NCBI GenBank assembly: GCA_002476625.1
Contig: DLLC01000070.1
Span: 39,651 to 103,650, forward strand
DNA: 64,000 nucleotides
From: Porphyromonadaceae bacterium UBA7572
GTDB lineage: Bacteria > Bacteroidota > Bacteroidia > Bacteroidales > Muribaculaceae
Reading direction: 5' to 3'
Below, in pieces: positions 49,268 through 57,668 of the stretch (positions within the stretch are counted from its first letter, which is position 1; the number at the start of each line of letters is the position of its first letter). A program made the translations under genes and the position numbers. The notes under the pieces are model-generated. The model was not told the origin of the DNA. It saw only the letters and a program-made list of their open reading frames with translations, and made no database searches.

Positions 49268-50365
49268 ATGACCAAGATTGCTGTAATCGGGACACGGGGG
49301 TTCCCTGGCATACAGGGGGGAGTGGAAATGCACTGTGAGAACATATACCCGCGCATGACGGGCGTCGATATCACCGTGTTTCGCCGCAAACCCTACCTCA
49401 CTGAGGCTTCCATGGCATCTTACCCCGGAATCTCTTTCATCGACTTGCCCTCCACACGCATCAAGGGATTTGAGGCGGTGTTCCACACTTTTATCAGCGC
49501 CTGCCACTGCATCGTGAGCAGGCCATCGGTGGTGCATATCCACAACATCGGTCCAGCCATGTTCGCCCCGTTGCTCCGTCTGGCAGGGCTCAAGGTGGTG
49601 CTCACCTACCACAGTCCCAACTATGAGCACAAGAAGTGGGGGCCACTGGCACGCACACTCCTGAAAATGAGCGAGGCGCTGGCATTGCGGTACAGCAACC
49701 ACATCATTTTCGTGAACAAGTTTCAACGGGAAAAATTTTCCGATAAGGTGAAGAAAAAATCATCGTATGTGCCTAACGGAATCCCGGAGGCCACACGCAG
49801 CACAGCCACCGACTTCCTCGCCAGGCACGGCATAAAGCCAGGGAAGTATGTCCTGAGCGTGGGGCGCATCACACCCGAAAAAGGCTTTGAATACCTTATC
49901 GAGGCAGCGCAGCAAATGCCCGAAATCAGCCAAGTGGTGATAGCCGGGGCAAGCGACCACGATTCCTCGTATTTTCAGACGCTCAAGCGGCTCGACACCC
50001 ACGGAAAAGTGGTGTTCACCGGCTTTACATCGGGCGAAGACCTGCGCCAGCTCTACAGCCACGCGCGCCTCTATGTACTGTCGTCGGTGAACGAGGGCTT
50101 CCCGCTCGTGCTGCTCGAGGCCATGGCCTATGGGCTTCCGCTCACCGTGAGCGACATTCCTGCCACCCATCTTGTGGAATTACCACAAGCCACCTATTTC
50201 CAGAAGGCCAACGCCCAGGCCATGCGCCAGTGCATAGCCCGCCAGCTGGAGTCCAACCCACAAAGCGGCGCCCCTTCCACATACAACCTCGCTGACTTCA
50301 ACTGGCAGACCATCGCCTCACGCACTCAAGCCATTCTGGAGCAAGCAGCACAAAGCCGAGAATAA
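49268..50365 (+). CDS. Glycosyltransferase family 4
   Basis: IGTRGFPGIQGGVE, VGRITPEKG, EGFPLVLLEAM, SDIPA. Confidence 0.92.
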   Translation: MTKIAVIGTRGFPGIQGGVEMHCENIYPRMTGVDITVFRRKPYLTEASMASYPGISFIDLPSTRIKGFEAVFHTFISACHCIVSRPSVVHIHNIGPAMFAPLLRLAGLKVVLTYHSPNYEHKKWGPLARTLLKMSEALALRYSNHIIFVNKFQREKFSDKVKKKSSYVPNGIPEATRSTATDFLARHGIKPGKYVLSVGRITPEKGFEYLIEAAQQMPEISQVVIAGASDHDSSYFQTLKRLDTHGKVVFTGFTSGEDLRQLYSHARLYVLSSVNEGFPLVLLEAMAYGLPLTVSDIPATHLVELPQATYFQKANAQAMRQCIARQLESNPQSGAPSTYNLADFNWQTIASRTQAILEQAAQSRE

Positions 50366-50370
50366 AAGCC

Positions 50371-50400
50371 AGTAGGGACGCGAAATATCGCGTCCCTACT
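50371..50400. repeat. GTAG-type REP palindrome, likely also acting as terminator
   Basis: agtagggacgcga-aata-tcgcgtccctact with perfect 13-bp arms. Confidence 0.75.
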
Positions 50401-50469
50401 CTAACTTCTAATCTCTAATTTCTAATCTCTAACTTCTAATCTCTAATTTCTAATCTCTAATTTCTAATT
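50400..50469. repeat. Ten tandem heptamers TCTAA(C/T)(T/C)
   Basis: tctaact tctaatc tctaatt tctaatc tctaact tctaatc tctaatt tctaatc tctaatt tctaatt. Confidence 0.9.
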
Positions 50470-51568
50470 ACACATTGAAACGGAACACCACGATGTCGCC
50501 GTCCTGAAACACATAGTCTTTGCCCTCAATGTGCATCTTGCCAGCCTCCTTCACGGCAGCCTCGCTGCCATAGGCTATGTAGTCGTCATACTTGATAACC
50601 TCGGCACGGATAAAGCCCCGCTCAAAGTCGGTGTGAATCACGCCTGCGCACTGCGGAGCCTTGCTCCCCTTGTGGAAAGTCCAGGCGCGCACCTCTTTAG
50701 GCCCGGCGGTGAGGAATGTTTCGAGATTGAGCAACGCGTAGGCGCTTTTAATCAGGCGGTTCACGCCACTTTCCTTCAAGCCTATTTCCTGAAGAAACAT
50801 CTGGCGCTCCTCATAGGTTTCAAGCTCAGCGATTTCACTCTCAGTTTGAGCCGCAATCACCAAGATTTGCGCATTCTCGTCCTTCACAGCCTCGCGCACC
50901 GCCTCCACATAGGCATTGCCACCGGCAGCCGCGGTGTCGTCCACATTACAAACGTAGAGCACAGGCTTGTTGGTGAGCAAAAACAGGTCGTGCGCCACCT
51001 TCTGCTCCTCCTTCGACTCAAGTTGCACCATGCGCGCGTTCTTGCCTTGCGAGAGCACATCACGGTAGCGGCTCATCACCTCAAACTGGAGCTTGGCATC
51101 GCGGTCGCCAGCTTTAGCCATCTTCTCAATGCGAGATATGCGACTTTCAATCGTCTCCAGGTCGCGGAGCTGAAGCTCTGTGTCGATCACCTCCTTGTCG
51201 CGCACAGGGTCCACGCTTCCGTCCACGTGGGTCACATTGTCGTCGTCGAAGCAGCGGAGCACATGAATGATGGCGTCGGTCTCGCGGATATTTGCCAGAA
51301 ACTTATTGCCCAGGCCCTCACCCTTGCTTGCGCCCTTCACCAGGCCGGCTATGTCCACAATTTCTACGGTGGTGGGCACAATACGCTCCGGGTGCACGAG
51401 CTCGGCAAGTTTATTGAGGCGCTCATCCGGAACGGTGATAACGCCCACATTAGGCTCTATTGTACAGAAAGGGAAGTTTGCCGACTGCGCCTTGGCGTTC
51501 GACAGACAGTTGAAAAGCGTGGACTTTCCCACATTGGGAAGCCCCACGATACCACATTGGAGTGCCAT
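50468..51568 (-). CDS. ychF: Redox-regulated ATPase YchF
   Basis: GIVGLPNVGKST, NFPFCTIEPN, DIAGLVKGAS, IHTDFERGFI. Confidence 0.97.
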   Translation of the reverse strand: MALQCGIVGLPNVGKSTLFNCLSNAKAQSANFPFCTIEPNVGVITVPDERLNKLAELVHPERIVPTTVEIVDIAGLVKGASKGEGLGNKFLANIRETDAIIHVLRCFDDDNVTHVDGSVDPVRDKEVIDTELQLRDLETIESRISRIEKMAKAGDRDAKLQFEVMSRYRDVLSQGKNARMVQLESKEEQKVAHDLFLLTNKPVLYVCNVDDTAAAGGNAYVEAVREAVKDENAQILVIAAQTESEIAELETYEERQMFLQEIGLKESGVNRLIKSAYALLNLETFLTAGPKEVRAWTFHKGSKAPQCAGVIHTDFERGFIRAEVIKYDDYIAYGSEAAVKEAGKMHIEGKDYVFQDGDIVVFRFNV

Positions 51569-51736
51569 ATTCTTATATCATTATTTTGTTTCTGGATGCA
51601 AAGTTACAAAAAACTTTAGCATTAGCCAATCATGCGCGCCCATAGCCGTGCTCTCCGTAGCGAACACTCCCATGGCAAGCCTACCGCAATCACTAATTGA
51701 CTGAAAATAATGCGTTTTTCTAAAAAAAAGAACCGA

Positions 51737-51782
51737 AAATGGAGACAATTGGACAAAAATGGATAAAAAATGACTAACTTTG
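51737..51782 (+). promoter_or_regulatory. Promoter with three TGGA repeats at 10-bp spacing
   Basis: TGGA at 51740, 51750 and 51760; TAacTTTG at 51775-51782. Confidence 0.55.
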
Positions 51783-51839
51783 CAAACTACAATAAAAATC
51801 TAACTCAACTACTATAAATTTAGACACAATATAATAAAA

Positions 51840-54800
51840 ATGAGGAGTAAAACAGGAATGTCTCGCATCAAGCGATTCTTTATCCTTGTAGCCGCCACGG
51901 GCATGATTGCAGCACACAGCAGCCGAGTGATGGCGCAGGACACAAACGCCAACGATGATCGGATGGAAGTAACTCAGCCCGAAGGCTTAGACGACCTGAA
52001 GGGCATCGACATCACGTCGGGCGACATCAAGAAATATTTCTCCACAGAGCGCCCAGAAGACCTCTCAAAGCAGGTGGTCATCTACAACGTTGGAGCAAAG
52101 AAATTTCTCAACATAGGTAACTACTGGGGCACACATGCCACACTGAGCGATGTGCCACACATCTTCTGGCTTCAGCGCCACAGCGACGATAAGTACACCC
52201 ACAGCGAGTATATCCGCTACCCTGAAGCTGCATCCAACGGCTTATCCAGCAACAACAAGAGCATCATCACCTCACTGCTTGAGCTCACATCGATGAAGAT
52301 CGGCAGCATGGAAGGCAGTGGCAGAAGCCATTCGGCCTACACAATGGCGAAAATCGTGGGCAGCGACGGCTCGGAAAGCCCCATCACATTCACCGACCAG
52401 GCCACAGGGCAGAGCGTGACCTGCTCGGCCGACGAGCCCTACACGCCCAATGGCAACAAGTTCACCTCCGGCGACATAGCCATTGACTTCGCCAACCAGC
52501 AGTTGGCGCTGGAAATGGACCTCACAGGCGTCACAACAAGCGCGAGCCTTGAAAACATGCTCACCATTGGCCAAGACATCAGCAATTGGAATGGGGGTAG
52601 CAACACCAAGCTGCATTTCTACGCAAAGATGGACGGCAAAAACTACATATTGCGAATCCAATTTATAGATAACGGCAGGTACGCCGAAGCCACCAACAAG
52701 TATGAATTCTATTCCTCAACCCCCATCATCAAAGTGACGCTTGACGCCAACGGCCTATATGTGAACGGCGAGCGCCTGTATTACACCGGCCAGCCTATAA
52801 ATGCGCCCCTTGCGCAGGCAGAAGCACTCACCGTGGCCAACACCTATGGCGGCGGCAGTGGCGCCACCCACACCGACCTGCGCCTCGTGGCACCAAAGCA
52901 AGCCTCTGCCACCGACATGCTCGCCGGCGACATCACCCTGACAGAGACCGGCACCACCACCAAGGCCACTGATGGCAAGTTTGCCCCCGATGGCGCGCTA
53001 TTCCTCACGGAAAGCGATGTTAACTTCGGCTCGCAAAAGCTGATTGTGGACATCGACATGTCCACCGCCACCCATTCCACCGACAACAATGAGAACACGC
53101 TTTCCATTGGAGGCGACATCAAGACGTGGAAATCCACCACAGCCCCAAACATGCACCTATACTTCAATGGCTGGCCCCGATTCAACGACCAAGGAAAATA
53201 CGACTCAAGCGTCGATTACCAAAAAGACAAAGGATACCGCTTCCATATCGACTTCACTTCGCAAAACGGACAGTATAAAGACTACACCGACCAAGCATCG
53301 AAAGACGCTGGTTCAAATAGTGAGATATTTATTCCCACAGAAAATCTTATCACCATCAGCACTGCCGATGGCGACAAGAAAGTGGTGCGCGTGGAGCTAA
53401 GTGAAGAAGGCGGCCTGTGCATAGGCGGCAAAAAAATAGAGAACTCCACCACAAAAGCATACGTGGAAGCCTTGCTGGCACTCACTCACATTCAGGTGGG
53501 TAGCGCATCAGAAACAAGAGGCATAGAAGGCAATAAATGCCACTCCACTTTCTACGGCATTCGCACGGAGAATCTATCAACCGTCTTATCCGACAAGACC
53601 CTCTCCACCACCACCACCGATGAAGGCTTCACGTCGGAGCCATTTGCATTAAGCGACTACACATTCACCACCACTATCGACGTGGCCACTTGCCAGAAGG
53701 CTGGCGAAACAGCCCTCTCCATCGGGAAGAGCCCAAGCGAATGGTACACCGCCGCTCCCGGCCATGAGAATCTGCACATGCTCTTCCACGGCAAAATGGC
53801 AGACGGAAGCTATGTGCTGCAGGTGTCGTATGCGGCCACAGGCTATAGCGATGACGTCAACACCCGCTACATAGCCTCGGCCGACGGAAAGTTCAACGTG
53901 GCATACTCCAAGAATGGCCTCTACATCAACGGCACCCCCGTATTTCTCGCCGACAATGTGTCGCTTGTAGATGCCGCAACTTACACATCAGGCAAAGAGG
54001 GAGATATAGTGCTTTACACCGCCGACGACTGCGGACACCTACTCATCGACACCGATGGCAAATACACAATCAACGAGGAGAGCGGAACAGGCATAAAGAC
54101 ATCGCAAAACAATTATCTCTATACAGAGGACCAGAACGGCACTTTCCCCGTGTTCATCACAATGCGAAACATCAAGGAGACCACCAGTGGCGGCAAGGAA
54201 GGTAAGTTCTTAGCCTGGACCTCGTCGAAAGACAACACAAGAAGCTATGGCAACATTGGCGTATTCACCGACCGCGGTCTGCCCGAAGACCAAAGCAACC
54301 CTGAACTGTCGCTCGGACTGGCACAATGGACGTTTGCCCCTGTGACCAACTGCACGGCCAGCACTGGCAACATCTACACCATGTCGATCACAGTGAAGCA
54401 CGAAATACTCATGGAGCAGAAAGACGCCGACGCCCCTAAAGGGTTTGACATCCTGACTAAGCCAGCCGGCACAAAGCTGTATCTGGCTGCGAACCAAGAC
54501 TATGTGTACTCCAACAACCTCAAAGACGAGCACAATGGCCGCTATTACGACGATTCCAGCGAGGCTCGTATCGCCGACATCAACAGCTGCGAGGGTATGG
54601 AGCTGGGCGATGAGGCACAGACCAGCGATTTTGCACACTGGAAAGTGTTCTCTCTCGCTGAATACTACAAGCTGTTTGAGAGCCAGGCAAGCGAGATGAC
54701 GAAAATGGTGGACATGACGTTCTGGCTTAAAGACCCCGACTTCAAGCGCGAGCAGTCAGACCTCAAACACTGGTTCATCGACGACAATCTCGCTAACGGA

Positions 54801-56408
54801 AAAACACACATCGGCTACGATGAGTGCTACAAGGTAACCACCGACCAGGCAGAATACATAGGCTCAACCGACGAGCTTCACAGCGTGGCCTTCGGCAAGG
54901 CCAACAACCATGCCCGCTACATGGGCGTGGAAGTGAAAAGCCAAGGCGCCAAGGGTCGCATCTACCAAGATGTGGAAATCACTTACGCCGGCTGGTACGC
55001 AATCACCTGCCAGGGCATGAGCAACGCTGGAGCAAAACTTTTTGTGCAGATGATAGGCAATAATGGCGAAAGCTTGCCTATCACCACCCCTTTGACCTTC
55101 GTGAACAAGGCTGAGCGTGAGCGCCTGAGCGCCACAAGCTATACTGCCGATGGACTGCCAGGATGGCCATACGACTGGCTCGAAAGCGAGAAAACTGGCA
55201 AAGCAGGCATGCCTTTCTACAACGCGCTTGTAGATATCAACGACCGCAATGTCAACGATGGCGTAAACGTGGAGAAATACAGCGCGCAAGTGTCGTTCTA
55301 CGTCGACTCTAAGCTGATGACAGAATATGGTGTGCAGAAAATACGCTTCGGAGTGATGCTTGACGGCGACAACACACTGGCCACCGCAAATGATGAGACG
55401 GTAGCCACCACCGACGAATGGACGGTGTTTGACAACTTCCACCTGCTCTTCGGCGGTAATTCAGAGGAGCCTTACCTCATACTCAACGAAGACAGCACCA
55501 CGCTCAACTACATCACCTCCACCATTCACCACTACACACTGCGCCCGATGACACTGCACCGCACCATCGCCCAAGGCCAATGTAACACAATCATCCTGCC
55601 TGTGTCGCTCACCATGTCGCAGTTCTACGCCACTTTCGGCGAAGGAGCACAGTTAGCAGAGGCTGAAAGGATGTACGAAACAGAAAATAAGGCAAAACCC
55701 GGGTCGGGAGAAATGGTCACTTGCGTCAACTTCAAGAAAGTGACTGCCTCAAACGCTGATGATGTGATGCTGAAGGCCAACACACCCTACATCATCATCA
55801 ATCCAGAGAATATTGATGGCGGCGACACTGAGGAATACGTGGCACACCTCTACACCCGTGCAAGTGGCGGAAAGGACTACATCACCGTCACCTCACCAGC
55901 ACGACACTTCTTCGTGGACGACGTGACACTGGAAGGCAGAAAATTTGACGACTACGGACAGTATTACTACGAATTTCCAACCGACTACACTTTCACCGGC
56001 AGCTATTCCGACCAAGGCGTAACTTCCTATGGCACCATCTGCCAGAACTACACCACCGACGCCGATGGCAACAACACCATTATCGAAGGCCGCCCCACAC
56101 TCAAAGGCTGCTACATGCTTACAAAAAACGCTTTAGTGAAAGTGGAAGATGAACAAGCTATAAAGGGATTCAGATGCTGGTTCGACATCAATTCTGAAGA
56201 AAAGAAAATCTACATCACCATTGATGATGACGTGCCCACTTCTATCACCGACATTGTGGCCGACACCAACACAGCAGTCAATAGCCGCTACGCTAAAGGT
56301 GTGTATAACCTTTTAGGCCAGAAAGTGAGCGACAACGGCAACACCGACAGTCTGTGCCCAGGCATCTACATCGTGAACGGAAAGAAAGTGGTGATCACAA
56401 AAAAATAA
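51840..56408 (+). CDS. Very large secreted protein, putative T9SS cargo with three internal repeats
   Basis: Signal peptide; C-terminus PTSITDI...GVYNLLGQKV...PGIYIVNGKKVVI is a typical short CTD. Confidence 0.85.
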   Translation: MRSKTGMSRIKRFFILVAATGMIAAHSSRVMAQDTNANDDRMEVTQPEGLDDLKGIDITSGDIKKYFSTERPEDLSKQVVIYNVGAKKFLNIGNYWGTHATLSDVPHIFWLQRHSDDKYTHSEYIRYPEAASNGLSSNNKSIITSLLELTSMKIGSMEGSGRSHSAYTMAKIVGSDGSESPITFTDQATGQSVTCSADEPYTPNGNKFTSGDIAIDFANQQLALEMDLTGVTTSASLENMLTIGQDISNWNGGSNTKLHFYAKMDGKNYILRIQFIDNGRYAEATNKYEFYSSTPIIKVTLDANGLYVNGERLYYTGQPINAPLAQAEALTVANTYGGGSGATHTDLRLVAPKQASATDMLAGDITLTETGTTTKATDGKFAPDGALFLTESDVNFGSQKLIVDIDMSTATHSTDNNENTLSIGGDIKTWKSTTAPNMHLYFNGWPRFNDQGKYDSSVDYQKDKGYRFHIDFTSQNGQYKDYTDQASKDAGSNSEIFIPTENLITISTADGDKKVVRVELSEEGGLCIGGKKIENSTTKAYVEALLALTHIQVGSASETRGIEGNKCHSTFYGIRTENLSTVLSDKTLSTTTTDEGFTSEPFALSDYTFTTTIDVATCQKAGETALSIGKSPSEWYTAAPGHENLHMLFHGKMADGSYVLQVSYAATGYSDDVNTRYIASADGKFNVAYSKNGLYINGTPVFLADNVSLVDAATYTSGKEGDIVLYTADDCGHLLIDTDGKYTINEESGTGIKTSQNNYLYTEDQNGTFPVFITMRNIKETTSGGKEGKFLAWTSSKDNTRSYGNIGVFTDRGLPEDQSNPELSLGLAQWTFAPVTNCTASTGNIYTMSITVKHEILMEQKDADAPKGFDILTKPAGTKLYLAANQDYVYSNNLKDEHNGRYYDDSSEARIADINSCEGMELGDEAQTSDFAHWKVFSLAEYYKLFESQASEMTKMVDMTFWLKDPDFKREQSDLKHWFIDDNLANGKTHIGYDECYKVTTDQAEYIGSTDELHSVAFGKANNHARYMGVEVKSQGAKGRIYQDVEITYAGWYAITCQGMSNAGAKLFVQMIGNNGESLPITTPLTFVNKAERERLSATSYTADGLPGWPYDWLESEKTGKAGMPFYNALVDINDRNVNDGVNVEKYSAQVSFYVDSKLMTEYGVQKIRFGVMLDGDNTLATANDETVATTDEWTVFDNFHLLFGGNSEEPYLILNEDSTTLNYITSTIHHYTLRPMTLHRTIAQGQCNTIILPVSLTMSQFYATFGEGAQLAEAERMYETENKAKPGSGEMVTCVNFKKVTASNADDVMLKANTPYIIINPENIDGGDTEEYVAHLYTRASGGKDYITVTSPARHFFVDDVTLEGRKFDDYGQYYYEFPTDYTFTGSYSDQGVTSYGTICQNYTTDADGNNTIIEGRPTLKGCYMLTKNALVKVEDEQAIKGFRCWFDINSEEKKIYITIDDDVPTSITDIVADTNTAVNSRYAKGVYNLLGQKVSDNGNTDSLCPGIYIVNGKKVVITKK

Positions 56409-56436
56409 AAACTTCCTCCGGAGGAAATACAACAGT

Positions 56437-56469
56437 AACTGTGCCAACACAAAAGTTGGCACAGTTTTT
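56437..56469 (+). terminator. Intrinsic terminator
   Basis: aactgtgccaac/gttggcacagtt followed by T-run. Confidence 0.85.
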
Positions 56470-56558
56470 CTTTATAACATAATAGACAAAAATACGCCCA
56501 ATCGACCATTGCAAAATAATAACGCTATATGCAGAGCACACTCCTCCCCACACCTTCC

Positions 56559-56586
56559 TCTGATTTCTAACCTCTAATTTCTAACC
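56559..56586. repeat. Four heptamers related to the 50400 array
   Basis: tctgatt tctaacc tctaatt tctaacc. Confidence 0.5.
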
Positions 56587-56645
56587 TCCTTTTTGATTTT
56601 GACAGAAAAAAGCTATCTTTGTAGATTATAATTATTGAAAACGCA

Positions 56646-57668
56646 ATGGACAAAGCCCCCACACTTGCCATAATAGTGCCCTGCTTCTGCGAAGAGGATG
56701 CGCTACCACGCACCAACTCCCAACTGTGCGCCTTGCTTAACAGCATGGTCACTGCCGGAGAGGTGTCGGAACGGAGCAGTGTGGTGTATGTCGACGACGG
56801 CAGCACCGATGCCACATGGGCACTGGTTAAAGGCTACGCCCATAGCCAACAGAGCGTGGGCGCCATAAAGCTGTCGGCCAATTTCGGCCATCAGAACGCC
56901 ATCATCGCCGGCATGGAAGCCACACTCCATAGAGCCGACATCTTTCTGACCATCGACGCCGACCTTCAGGACGATGTGAACACCATCCCCAAAATGGTGG
57001 AAAAATATAAGGAAGGGTATGAAATCGTGTATGGCGTGCACTCTGGCCGAAAGTCCGACTCGTGGTTCAAACGCAACACCGCCCTTGCCTTCTACCGCCT
57101 GATGCACCACCTCGGCACAAAGTCGGTCTACAACCATGCCGACTTCCGCCTGATGGACCGTCGCACCGTGGGCGAGCTGCTCCGTTACCCCGAGCGCAAT
57201 CTTTTCATGCGCGGCATCGTGCCGCTGCTCGGATTCAAAAGCGCCACTGTGGAATATGAGCGGAGCGAACGCACAGCAGGCACCACCAAATATCCATTCT
57301 CCAAGATGGTGAGCTTTGCCATCGACGGCATCACCTCGTTCAGCATACGGCCCGTGCGGCTGGTGCTCGCTATGGGCATTGTGTTCGTGTTCATAGCCAT
57401 CATCATATTGGGCTATGTGCTATATTCAAAATTCAGCGGCCTTGCCGTGAGCGGCTGGTCGTCGATGATACTGTCGATGTGGTTTATTGGCGGCTGCGTG
57501 CTCATAGGCTTAGGCATAGTGGGCGAATACATCGGCAAAATATACATAGAGGTGAAGCACCGCCCACGCTACCACATCGACACCGTGGCAGGCGTCATTC
57601 ACTCAAGCCGCACTGACAACGAATCAAAAACAAACCAACATATTAATACATTTAAGCAACGCGTATGA
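56646..57668 (+). CDS. GtrB-like polyprenyl-phosphate glycosyltransferase (GT2)
   Basis: VDDGSTD, NFGHQNA, IDADLQD, ADFRLMDR, GITSFS, two C-terminal transmembrane segments, GEYIGKIY. Confidence 0.9.
   Translation: MDKAPTLAIIVPCFCEEDALPRTNSQLCALLNSMVTAGEVSERSSVVYVDDGSTDATWALVKGYAHSQQSVGAIKLSANFGHQNAIIAGMEATLHRADIFLTIDADLQDDVNTIPKMVEKYKEGYEIVYGVHSGRKSDSWFKRNTALAFYRLMHHLGTKSVYNHADFRLMDRRTVGELLRYPERNLFMRGIVPLLGFKSATVEYERSERTAGTTKYPFSKMVSFAIDGITSFSIRPVRLVLAMGIVFVFIAIIILGYVLYSKFSGLAVSGWSSMILSMWFIGGCVLIGLGIVGEYIGKIYIEVKHRPRYHIDTVAGVIHSSRTDNESKTNQHINTFKQRV

Noticed and set aside
50400..50469. Repeat arrays here and at 1088-1197 as CRISPR
   Set aside because: No unique spacers, units too short, and no cas genes
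50531..51619. 362-aa plus-strand ORF and other long antisense ORFs (for example 23775-24533, 30463-31236, 61390-62280)
   Set aside because: Shadows of well-conserved genes on the opposite strand, expected with GC-rich third codon positions
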